Below are positions 7,801 to 14,374 of a DNA stretch of 36,863 bases, piece after piece (positions within the stretch are counted from its first letter, which is position 1; every line of letters begins with the position of its first letter). A program made the translations under genes and the position numbers. The stretch comes from a virus, in IMG/VR virus record IMGVR_UViG_3300020049_006543, positions 1 through 36,863 of that record; one strand, written 5' to 3'. Below the pieces are notes generated by a model. The model saw nothing but the letters and a program-made list of their open reading frames with translations. It ran no database searches and was not told the origin of the DNA.

Positions 7801-7803
7801 ACT

Positions 7804-8160
7804 ATGACGGAAAGAGCCTTACAGATTTATGAAATGAAGCTTCAGTTGACTGACGAGCAGCAAATCTTCATGCCTGCTGAAAGTAGGGTTCTTTCCGTAA
7901 ACGCAAGAGATAATAACATTCACGTTTATTTCACCGGCGACACTTCAGCCGATACACAGGGTAACACCTTTTTTATATACCTTGCGGGAATGCGAGTACC
8001 AGAGGGCGCAGGCAACTACATTGGAAGCGTAGAATTAAAAGAGAAAGTTTGGCACATCTTCAGGAAAAGCTGGAAAGCAGAAGATGCGCCGCAGCTTATA
8101 CAAAAAGAAAAAGACAAAAAGACAGATGAAATTTTAAAACTAAGGGGCTTGAAGAAATGA
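7804..8160 (+). CDS. Hypothetical conserved small phage protein.
   Basis: 118-aa ORF whose stop overlaps the next start (ATGA). The pattern IFMPAESRVLSV...YIGSVELKEKVWHIF resembles a recurrent small phage beta-protein family. Confidence 0.65.
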   Translation: MTERALQIYEMKLQLTDEQQIFMPAESRVLSVNARDNNIHVYFTGDTSADTQGNTFFIYLAGMRVPEGAGNYIGSVELKEKVWHIFRKSWKAEDAPQLIQKEKDKKTDEILKLRGLKK

Positions 8161-8450
8161 AGAAACCAAAAACAAAACTTGGAATGATACTTAGGTTGTA
8201 TCGCATACGAAACAATCTGAGCGCGCGCGAATTCGCAGTGAAGATACCACTAGACCGCGCTTATCTTTCTCGCATAGAAACAGGCGACGTTATAATCCCT
8301 ACGGCGCGCACGCTTCGCAGAATGGCGCAACTAAAGAATCTTCCGGCTGAAGATAAGGCGGTAATAGAAGATATGATAAAACACCGCTTAGAAACGCGCA
8401 CAAAGGCAAAAAAGACTGCCAAGAAACTATATAAAATCAACAAGTTATAA
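8157..8450 (+). CDS. XRE-family helix-turn-helix transcriptional regulator.
   Basis: LRLYRIRNNLSAREFAVKIPLDRAYLSRIETGD is a classic HTH_3 motif. Confidence 0.8.
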   Translation: MKKPKTKLGMILRLYRIRNNLSAREFAVKIPLDRAYLSRIETGDVIIPTARTLRRMAQLKNLPAEDKAVIEDMIKHRLETRTKAKKTAKKLYKINKL

Positions 8451-8458
8451 GATAAAGT

Positions 8459-8477
8459 AAAATAATTGTTTACTTTA
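8459..8477 (+). promoter_or_regulatory. Conserved intergenic motif, copy B (aaaataattgtttacttta).
   Basis: 19 nt identical to copies C and D. TATAAA lies 16 nt after TTTACT. Confidence 0.45.
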
Positions 8478-8542
8478 GTATTCTTTCCTTTATAAAGGTA
8501 GGAAGTGAGGCAATCAAGCCTTGCGGAACAAAGGAAGAAAAT

Positions 8543-8923
8543 ATGAAACGTTTTATAACAGTAAGTGAATATCCAGCTTATGATGTGGTTACCTTCAACG
8601 ATAAAGTTGAACCGAAAGTTTATGACGGCGAAACGCTAACAGACGAAAAGCATTTAGCAAACTGGCAACTTAGCAGTGTAACTGGTTACGCAATAGAAAA
8701 TGGCGAAGACCCTATAGCCGCGTATGAAGAAGCAGTAAAGAAAGGCCATAACACGCATTACGCTATGGCGATAGGCGCTTGTTTACAAGCTCAATACGCT
8801 CCAAAAAAACCTTCGGATTTCCGAATTGTAGTTAAATATGGTGATGAAATCATTTTTCATGGTCAGAGGTTCAGAATAGAGAAGGCAAATAATCACAACA
8901 TTAACCTAGTAAAGGTGAACTAA
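8543..8923 (+). CDS. Hypothetical protein.
   Basis: 126-aa ORF with RBS aaaggaagaaaatATG. Confidence 0.65.
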   Translation: MKRFITVSEYPAYDVVTFNDKVEPKVYDGETLTDEKHLANWQLSSVTGYAIENGEDPIAAYEEAVKKGHNTHYAMAIGACLQAQYAPKKPSDFRIVVKYGDEIIFHGQRFRIEKANNHNINLVKVN

Positions 8924-8931
8924 CCAAAAAC

Positions 8932-8955
8932 CCCGCCAGCCTAAAAACTGGCGGG
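8932..8955. other. GC-rich hairpin (cccgccag-N8-ctggcggg).
   Basis: 8-bp stem. The T-run lies on the minus-strand side only (an A5 run precedes the stem on the plus strand), so terminator function for the plus-strand operon is uncertain. Confidence 0.4.
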
Positions 8956-8980
8956 ATATAACAAATAAGGACGGTACAAA

Positions 8981-9166
8981 ATGAACGATATAAACCTTCA
9001 CAGGATAAAACAGTTAAGAACTACAGTTAGAATCTTAACTACAGAAAACGGCAAGAAGTTTGCTGTGCGCGATATAATCGCTGTTAATGAGAAAGGCGAA
9101 GAATTCGCGATAAAGCTTTTTGCAGACAACAAGAAAGACCTTCAAATACTAACTGAAAGAAACTAA
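8981..9166 (+). CDS. Hypothetical protein.
   Basis: 61-aa ORF with RBS aaggacggtacaaaATG. Confidence 0.55.
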   Translation: MNDINLHRIKQLRTTVRILTTENGKKFAVRDIIAVNEKGEEFAIKLFADNKKDLQILTERN

Positions 9167-9257
9167 CCACACCGAGCCGTTGCTATATGCGGCGGCTCCA
9201 TGAAGTTAGTTTTTAACTTCCGGCTCGTAAGGGCTGTAACATTAACAAGGTAAAACT

Positions 9258-9734
9258 ATGATGAAGAAAATGTCGGTGCAGGCAAAGAAAGACCGTAAAC
9301 GCCTGCTAAAACACGAACTAGACCTGAACGAATGGCTTGATAGATTCAACGTCAGGCATCTTGTAGAGGGTAAATCATGGGCGAGGCATCTTCGCCTTGT
9401 TCATAACAAAAGATTATCTCACGCGCTTGGCAGGGCTTGCTACGGCTCAAGGCTTATTGAAATATCTTCGCGCCTGCTGATAGAAAGTTATGAGGTGCAG
9501 AGGGAATGCTTTATCCATGAGATTTGCCACTTCATTTCGTACTTTGAATATGGTCAGGCCGGACACGGCGCAGCCTTTCACGCTCTTATGGAAGAACACT
9601 ACAGCCCAGAGCATCACCGCCTACGCTACTGCCAAAGCAAGCTAACGACCAAGAAGATATACTCCGAGGTTCAGCGTCGTTACGTTTACACAAAGGTAGC
9701 AGCGTGCGAACCAGAAGCTAACAACAACCAATAA
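9258..9734 (+). CDS. SprT-like zinc metalloprotease domain protein.
   Basis: ALGRACYGSRLIEISSRLL...FIHEICHFISY...GHGAAFHALM, i.e. the HExxH motif in an SprT-like context. Confidence 0.7.
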   Translation: MMKKMSVQAKKDRKRLLKHELDLNEWLDRFNVRHLVEGKSWARHLRLVHNKRLSHALGRACYGSRLIEISSRLLIESYEVQRECFIHEICHFISYFEYGQAGHGAAFHALMEEHYSPEHHRLRYCQSKLTTKKIYSEVQRRYVYTKVAACEPEANNNQ

Positions 9735-9745
9735 AGGAAAAGACC

Positions 9746-10015
9746 ATGAACGACAAACTTAAAATTGTAGAACTTAACAACGACTTTTATTCACGCGCTG
9801 AAAAATTCATAGGTAAGCCGATGCCGAAGAACAATGTTGATATTGACGCGCTTGTCAGTGATGCAATCTTCAACTGGCTGCCGTGCGCGATAAATAGCGG
9901 CAGCGAAGACGAAGTGAACGCCTGCATAGAAACCTGCCAGATGTTGAACGACAGGTTTATAGACGGAACGACAAGCCGCGACGGAGTTATTCAGGAATTT
10001 TGGAATAGGTTATAG
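9746..10015 (+). CDS. Hypothetical protein.
   Basis: 89-aa ORF preceded by taaaggaaaagaccATG. Confidence 0.65.
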   Translation: MNDKLKIVELNNDFYSRAEKFIGKPMPKNNVDIDALVSDAIFNWLPCAINSGSEDEVNACIETCQMLNDRFIDGTTSRDGVIQEFWNRL

Positions 10016-10023
10016 GGGGCGAT

Positions 10024-10209
10024 ATGTCAGAAAGATACTCAATCGCAGAGCTGGCTTCGTGGGACAGGCCAGCTTATCTGAGCGCTGCTACAGATAGAGA
10101 ACTTCAGCAGGTAGTAAGAGGCGCAGAAAAAGAGGCGCAGCTTTTTACGGAGTTCGCGAACGATGTAAAGGCTGAACTTAAAAAACGCAAAGCAAGGAAG
10201 GTTATATGA
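10024..10209 (+). CDS. Hypothetical protein.
   Basis: 61-aa ORF, tightly packed, with GGGGG upstream of the start. Confidence 0.55.
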   Translation: MSERYSIAELASWDRPAYLSAATDRELQQVVRGAEKEAQLFTEFANDVKAELKKRKARKVI

Positions 10210-10418
10210 ACGAAAGATTCTACATCAACGGCCTTACTGTTCCGGTGATAGTCGCAAACGAACTTGATATGATAGACACCGCGAAGCAGATGTATTGCGA
10301 GGCCATAAAGCGCGACGACCACTCAAGCGCACAAAGAGCGTTTGAAAACATTATCCGTGCGGAGCAAATCTACCTGAACCGCAAGGGTAACAAAAAGAAA
10401 ATCAACATAACTATATAA
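10206..10418 (+). CDS. Hypothetical protein.
   Basis: 70-aa ORF with an ATGA overlap onto the previous gene. Confidence 0.55.
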   Translation: MNERFYINGLTVPVIVANELDMIDTAKQMYCEAIKRDDHSSAQRAFENIIRAEQIYLNRKGNKKKINITI

Positions 10419-10428
10419 GGAAAAGACT

Positions 10429-10674
10429 ATGAAACAAGAGCTAAGAAACATAATGAACAAGCTGCCAAAAGAAAAGCGTCAAGCTTTTGCCAAGAAAATT
10501 GAAGAAGCGCAACAGAGTATAGAGCGCGCAACATTACGCGGCGGTAATTACACTCATAATATTATCGGGCTTGTTCTTAACGGCATAGCAAAAGAATACG
10601 GCAACGAGGCAGCAAACTACCTTGTACGCGAACACGATTTAACAGATTACGGATTCAGAGAGGTACACAAATGA
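10429..10674 (+). CDS. Hypothetical protein.
   Basis: 81-aa ORF preceded by taaggaaaagactATG. Confidence 0.65.
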   Translation: MKQELRNIMNKLPKEKRQAFAKKIEEAQQSIERATLRGGNYTHNIIGLVLNGIAKEYGNEAANYLVREHDLTDYGFREVHK

Positions 10675-10850
10675 AAAAAATAGCTATATATACCCTGATA
10701 TTCGTATTCGGTTATCTATCCGGTAGGACGCACGAAAAGCTTTTATTCAACATATCTGACCAAGTATGTGCGCCGAAAGATTTCCAGCAATCCGTAACGC
10801 TGGCAAATTTCTATAACTTTAATGAAGGAAAAGACCATGACAGAAAATAA
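10671..10850 (+). CDS. Small signal-anchor / membrane protein (59 aa), not in the ORF track.
   Basis: ATGA overlap with the previous stop. Begins MKKIAIYTLIFVFGYLSG (hydrophobic N-terminus). It ends 14 nt inside the next gene. Confidence 0.45.
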   Translation: MKKIAIYTLIFVFGYLSGRTHEKLLFNISDQVCAPKDFQQSVTLANFYNFNEGKDHDRK

Positions 10851-11472
10851 CAACGACCTTTTTAATCCTGATTATGAAAGATTCATTCAGGCTATAAGCA
10901 AAGAACCAGAGTTCGCCGGAGCAGACTATCAGCCGGAGCGCGATAAGCAAAGACTGAGTAAGCGCCTGCGCGCCCTGTTTGACCTTATGAAAGACGGCAC
11001 AGCACGAAGCCTGCGCGAGATAACCGAACATATAGGCGGAAGTGAAGCGGGTAATAGCGCCTTGCTGCGCGACCTTCGCAAACCACAGTTCGGCGGGTAC
11101 GAGGTTGAACGTCACTATGTTGCAAAGGGTCTTTACCGATACCGGCTTGATGTGAACGCATACGACCCTGAAACCTACGAATATATCCGCAGGGTACGAA
11201 TCCTTGAATGGAATTGTTCAAGGGTTATAAAAGCGCACAAAGCTTTCCTTGAGCTTATGCAGACCTTCCCAGAAAGAGCCGCAGAGGTTGCAAAGAAATA
11301 CAACGACAGCAACGCAAGCGTATTTGGGATTCAGTTAATGACGAACTCTTATACCGCGACCACGTTTGCAAAGATGCTGGACTGCAAACTTGCGAAGTTA
11401 AGCCTGCCACATCTTAAAATCATGGAGCAGACTATCGCGGAAGCGATAAAGACTGCGGGCTTCAAGGAATAA
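10837..11472 (+). CDS. Hypothetical protein with a probable winged-helix DNA-binding region.
   Basis: I chose the ATG at 10837 because of gaaggaaaagaccATG. The segment LFDLMKDGTARSLREITEHIGGSEAGNSALLRDLRK looks wHTH-like. Confidence 0.6.
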   Translation: MTENNNDLFNPDYERFIQAISKEPEFAGADYQPERDKQRLSKRLRALFDLMKDGTARSLREITEHIGGSEAGNSALLRDLRKPQFGGYEVERHYVAKGLYRYRLDVNAYDPETYEYIRRVRILEWNCSRVIKAHKAFLELMQTFPERAAEVAKKYNDSNASVFGIQLMTNSYTATTFAKMLDCKLAKLSLPHLKIMEQTIAEAIKTAGFKE

Positions 11473-11492
11473 TAAAATAATTGTTTACTTTA
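11471..11492 (+). promoter_or_regulatory. Conserved intergenic motif, copy C (aataaaataattgtttacttta).
   Basis: 22 nt identical to copy D. It starts within the stop codon of the upstream gene. TATAAC lies 17 nt after TTGTTT. Confidence 0.45.
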
Positions 11493-11529
11493 GGGAAAAA
11501 ATATATAACTTCAAAGATAGGAAATATTT

Positions 11530-11751
11530 ATGGTAAAAAATAGAGAAACCCAAATTACAGACCACGCCTTGTTAAGATACTTGGAAAGAATGCTGGGATT
11601 TGATATTGAGGCGCTAAAAAGGGAATTGCTAACGGACGAGGTAAGAAGGGCTATAAAAGCAGGCGCAAGGCGGGTACACATAAAGGGCGTTACCTTTGTA
11701 GTATCGGAAAACCGAATAGTGACGATATATGAAACTAAGAAAAGAGCTTAA
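11530..11751 (+). CDS. Hypothetical small protein.
   Basis: 73-aa ORF. ITDHALLRYLERMLG...GVTFVVSENRIVTIY is a recurrent pattern in small phage proteins. Confidence 0.6.
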   Translation: MVKNRETQITDHALLRYLERMLGFDIEALKRELLTDEVRRAIKAGARRVHIKGVTFVVSENRIVTIYETKKRA

Positions 11752-12004
11752 AGATTTTATAGAGGTAATGAGCAAAGAGATAGTGAAGGCCGACTGCTCT
11801 TGCGTTGACTTTGCCTTTGAAAGAATCGCATATACCAGCCAGATAAAGGCTGAATTTGTTGGAAGTAGTATTACGCGCGCAAAGCTTGATGTATATTTCA
11901 ACTACGAAGGAACTCTGTATGTAACAAGTATTTTTCCTGAACCGGAAAAATCACCGAAGACCCGCAGGGTATATGATAGAGAATTAACAATCAGTAGAGA
12001 GTAG
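11729..12004 (+). CDS. Hypothetical protein.
   Basis: 91-aa ORF overlapping the previous gene by 23 nt. The start is uncertain. Confidence 0.5.
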   Translation: MKLRKELKDFIEVMSKEIVKADCSCVDFAFERIAYTSQIKAEFVGSSITRAKLDVYFNYEGTLYVTSIFPEPEKSPKTRRVYDRELTISRE

Positions 12005-12009
12005 TAAAA

Positions 12010-12453
12010 ATGATAAACACAGTAATTTTAGTTGGAAGGGCAGGCCGCGATGCGGAATTAAGGAATACAACGTCAGGCACGCCGGTTGTCAATTTCAGCA
12101 TAGCAACGACAGAGGCGCGGAAGAACAAGCAGACAAACGAATACGAAGAAGAAACCGACTGGCACAATATCACGGCTTGGCAAAATACCGACTACGCGAA
12201 GACGATAAAGAAGGGCGACCTTGTTTATATACAGGGCAAGGCGAAGACAAGGAAGTATCAGGACAGCAACGGAAACGATAAGATTTCGCCAGAAGTAGTG
12301 ATTTCTTTCGGCGGTAAAATCCAAGTGCTGCAAAGAAAAGATTCACCAGCTACAGGCGCGACAGAAGCGCAGGGCGGGCAACCAGATTCAAAACCGGAGC
12401 AATCAACTTACAGCCAGTCAAGCGACGCGCTGGACGATGATATACCCTTTTGA
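12010..12453 (+). CDS. ssb: Single-stranded DNA-binding protein.
   Basis: OB-fold N-terminus NTVILVGRAGRDAELRNTTSGTPVVNFSIAT...TDWHNITAW, a Gly/Gln/Ser-rich linker, and the acidic tail DDDIPF. Confidence 0.92.
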   Translation: MINTVILVGRAGRDAELRNTTSGTPVVNFSIATTEARKNKQTNEYEEETDWHNITAWQNTDYAKTIKKGDLVYIQGKAKTRKYQDSNGNDKISPEVVISFGGKIQVLQRKDSPATGATEAQGGQPDSKPEQSTYSQSSDALDDDIPF

Positions 12454-12499
12454 ATGACGACCAATAACAACTACTTTAACAACAAAAAAGGAAAAGACC

Positions 12500-12973
12500 A
12501 TGTTTTACATAAAAACTATAAAAGAACTTAAGGACAGGATAGGCGTTTTAGAAGATAAGGCGTACAATATTAATCATAGCCTGAAGGTATTGAAAGGTAT
12601 CGCTGAAGGTACGGTAGTAAGTGCAGACAGCCACACGAAAGCAGAGCCAGAAAAGAAAGGCTCCGAAATAATGAAAGGCAAAAAAAAGCGGAATACTAAA
12701 ACCACTGTTACAGGCCATTCCAGCTTTGCGAATATCAATAATGTTCGCAGTTATCTAATGTCGCTTGGCTACCCCTGCACGGCGCACAAAGATATGCCGT
12801 CAGAAATCAACTTTGAAAAATGGGAAATGGTTTATAACCATAAGCCAGCAAGCCTTAACGGCGCGCTTTCCTTCATTAAGCGCATGGAAGTAGTTTTTGA
12901 CCGTGACTTCAAGGTGATTGAAAATTACGGTGAACGCGCTATTAATGAGGCTACCAACAGAAAGGCAGTATAA
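12500..12973 (+). CDS. Hypothetical protein.
   Basis: 157-aa ORF. Its 30-nt initiation region is identical to that of the gene at 6583. Confidence 0.65.
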   Translation: MFYIKTIKELKDRIGVLEDKAYNINHSLKVLKGIAEGTVVSADSHTKAEPEKKGSEIMKGKKKRNTKTTVTGHSSFANINNVRSYLMSLGYPCTAHKDMPSEINFEKWEMVYNHKPASLNGALSFIKRMEVVFDRDFKVIENYGERAINEATNRKAV

Positions 12974-12975
12974 GA

Positions 12976-13215
12976 ATGAAAACAATCGCTAACAGAATGC
13001 AGGCAATCCTTCAGGAAGTGTTCGGCAACGACAGGGCTATAGATATGGATATGGAGTTATCAGAGGCATATACTGCTGATAGCTTGGACTTCATAGAAAT
13101 AGTAATGGCAACCGAGAACGAGTTCAAGGTTGATATAACCGACGCTGAAATGGACTATCTGAAGACCGGCAACGACTTTGTAAGACTTATTGAACAAAAA
13201 ATAAGGCCACAATGA
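12976..13215 (+). CDS. Acyl carrier protein (phosphopantetheine-binding).
   Basis: 79 aa. YTADSLDFIEIVMATENEFKVDITDAE aligns with E. coli AcpP [27 protein letters not shown]. The DSL serine is at residue 36. Confidence 0.85.
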   Translation: MKTIANRMQAILQEVFGNDRAIDMDMELSEAYTADSLDFIEIVMATENEFKVDITDAEMDYLKTGNDFVRLIEQKIRPQ

Positions 13216-13490
13216 ACTATATAGCCGATACATACCTTTCTGTTAGCGATAAGATGCGCGAAGCAAAAACCCTTTCGGAGCTTGAGCAGGCTTTTAACTC
13301 GCAGCCGGAATCAATCGGCAAGATGAAGCAGGTTATCGCAAGCGCGGAAGCCAAAATGGCGAACGCGAAGCCAAACCAGATAACCCTTCAGGACGAAGAA
13401 CAGCTTGAATATAACCGTGCGAAATGCGCCTTATCTTGGCTTCAGGAACATTATAAATATTACAAAATGATTATCAGGAATGGCAAATAG
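13212..13490 (+). CDS. Hypothetical protein.
   Basis: 92-aa ORF with an ATGA overlap onto the ACP gene. Confidence 0.6.
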   Translation: MNYIADTYLSVSDKMREAKTLSELEQAFNSQPESIGKMKQVIASAEAKMANAKPNQITLQDEEQLEYNRAKCALSWLQEHYKYYKMIIRNGK

Positions 13491-13743
13491 AAATAAATGT
13501 GCGTGTGAATCCTTCAGTTACAGAACCTATAACGCGGTATCTGCAACAGGTAAGCTTCTTTATGGCGGTCACTACCGTTGCGGGGCTTTTAAGGCTATAA
13601 GAGATACCGAATCACAGGCAGGCAAAATAGTGATATGGGAAGGCGCGAAGATAGTTGAAGAAATCTTTATCCAGCAGGGGCAGGCAGTAGGCGGGCTTGT
13701 GCCGTCAGCTTATGTGCCGAAGCTTGTTGGCGATTGCAGGTAA
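13480..13743 (+). CDS. Hypothetical protein.
   Basis: 87-aa ORF overlapping the previous gene by 11 nt. Confidence 0.55.
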   Translation: MANRNKCACESFSYRTYNAVSATGKLLYGGHYRCGAFKAIRDTESQAGKIVIWEGAKIVEEIFIQQGQAVGGLVPSAYVPKLVGDCR

Positions 13744-13749
13744 AATGAT

Positions 13750-14295
13750 ATGACCGATAAACAAAAAATGAAACTGCTACAGTGGCAACACGATACGCGT
13801 AAGGTAAAAGACCTTGTGGCATATAACCGAAACCCACGCAAGATAACGAAGACGCGTTTTGAGCAGCTAAAGAAGAAGATTGAATCGCAGGGCTACCGCA
13901 ACCCGATATGCTTGGACGAAAAAGGAATGATACTTGCGGGACATCAAAGGTTCAGGGCTTTGGTAGATTTGGGCTTCGGCGATATGGTGGTCAATGTTAT
14001 GATTCCGCCGAGAGGACTGAAGCTCACTAAACAGCTAAAGGACGAAATCATAGTATCTGATAACGTATCTTGGGGCGAGTTTGACGTTGATATTCTTACA
14101 AGCGACTTTGACCTTGAACAGCTTAAGAACTTCGGCGTACAGTTTGAATTCCCGCAACTCAACGGCGCAACTGATAAGCCGGAAGACAAGGACGGCACGC
14201 CGGACGACGAAGAAGAAAAGTTTCAAAAGGTCAAATGTCCTGAGTGTAGCTGCAAATTCCTGATAAACAGCAAGGGCAAGCCAGTAACAGAATAA
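13750..14295 (+). CDS. ParB-like nuclease domain protein with a C-terminal zinc-ribbon-like motif.
   Basis: NPRKITKTRFEQLKKKIESQGYRNPICLDEKGMILAGHQRFRALVDLGF matches the ParB N-terminal domain. The C-terminus contains KCPECSCKF. Confidence 0.75.
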   Translation: MTDKQKMKLLQWQHDTRKVKDLVAYNRNPRKITKTRFEQLKKKIESQGYRNPICLDEKGMILAGHQRFRALVDLGFGDMVVNVMIPPRGLKLTKQLKDEIIVSDNVSWGEFDVDILTSDFDLEQLKNFGVQFEFPQLNGATDKPEDKDGTPDDEEEKFQKVKCPECSCKFLINSKGKPVTE

Positions 14296-14316
14296 ATAAA
14301 ATAATTGTTTACTTTA
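14295..14316 (+). promoter_or_regulatory. Conserved intergenic motif, copy D (aataaaataattgtttacttta).
   Basis: 22 nt identical to copy C. It starts at the last base of the stop codon. TATAGA lies 17 nt after TTTACT. Confidence 0.45.
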
Positions 14317-14374
14317 TTGCTATTGCAAACTATAGAAAGAAGAAAGGTAAGACCAACAACATAAGGACTAGACC

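Noticed and set aside
8932-8955. GC hairpin as a plus-strand intrinsic terminator.
   Set aside because: The U-tract would lie on the opposite strand (an A5 run precedes the stem on the plus strand), and both flanking genes are on the plus strand. I kept it only as a hairpin of uncertain function.
11530-12004. Overlapping small ORF pair as a toxin-antitoxin module.
   Set aside because: Only a vague resemblance of the first ORF to small HxxR-type proteins supports this. Neither has a recognisable toxin or antitoxin motif, and overlapping small genes are the norm throughout this operon.
6498-14316. Reading the conserved motif as a Bacteroidetes-type promoter (TTTG / TAnnTTTG).
   Set aside because: The copies do not fit the TAnnTTTG register. 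The genome also uses strong AAGGA Shine-Dalgarno sequences, which is inconsistent with that host type.
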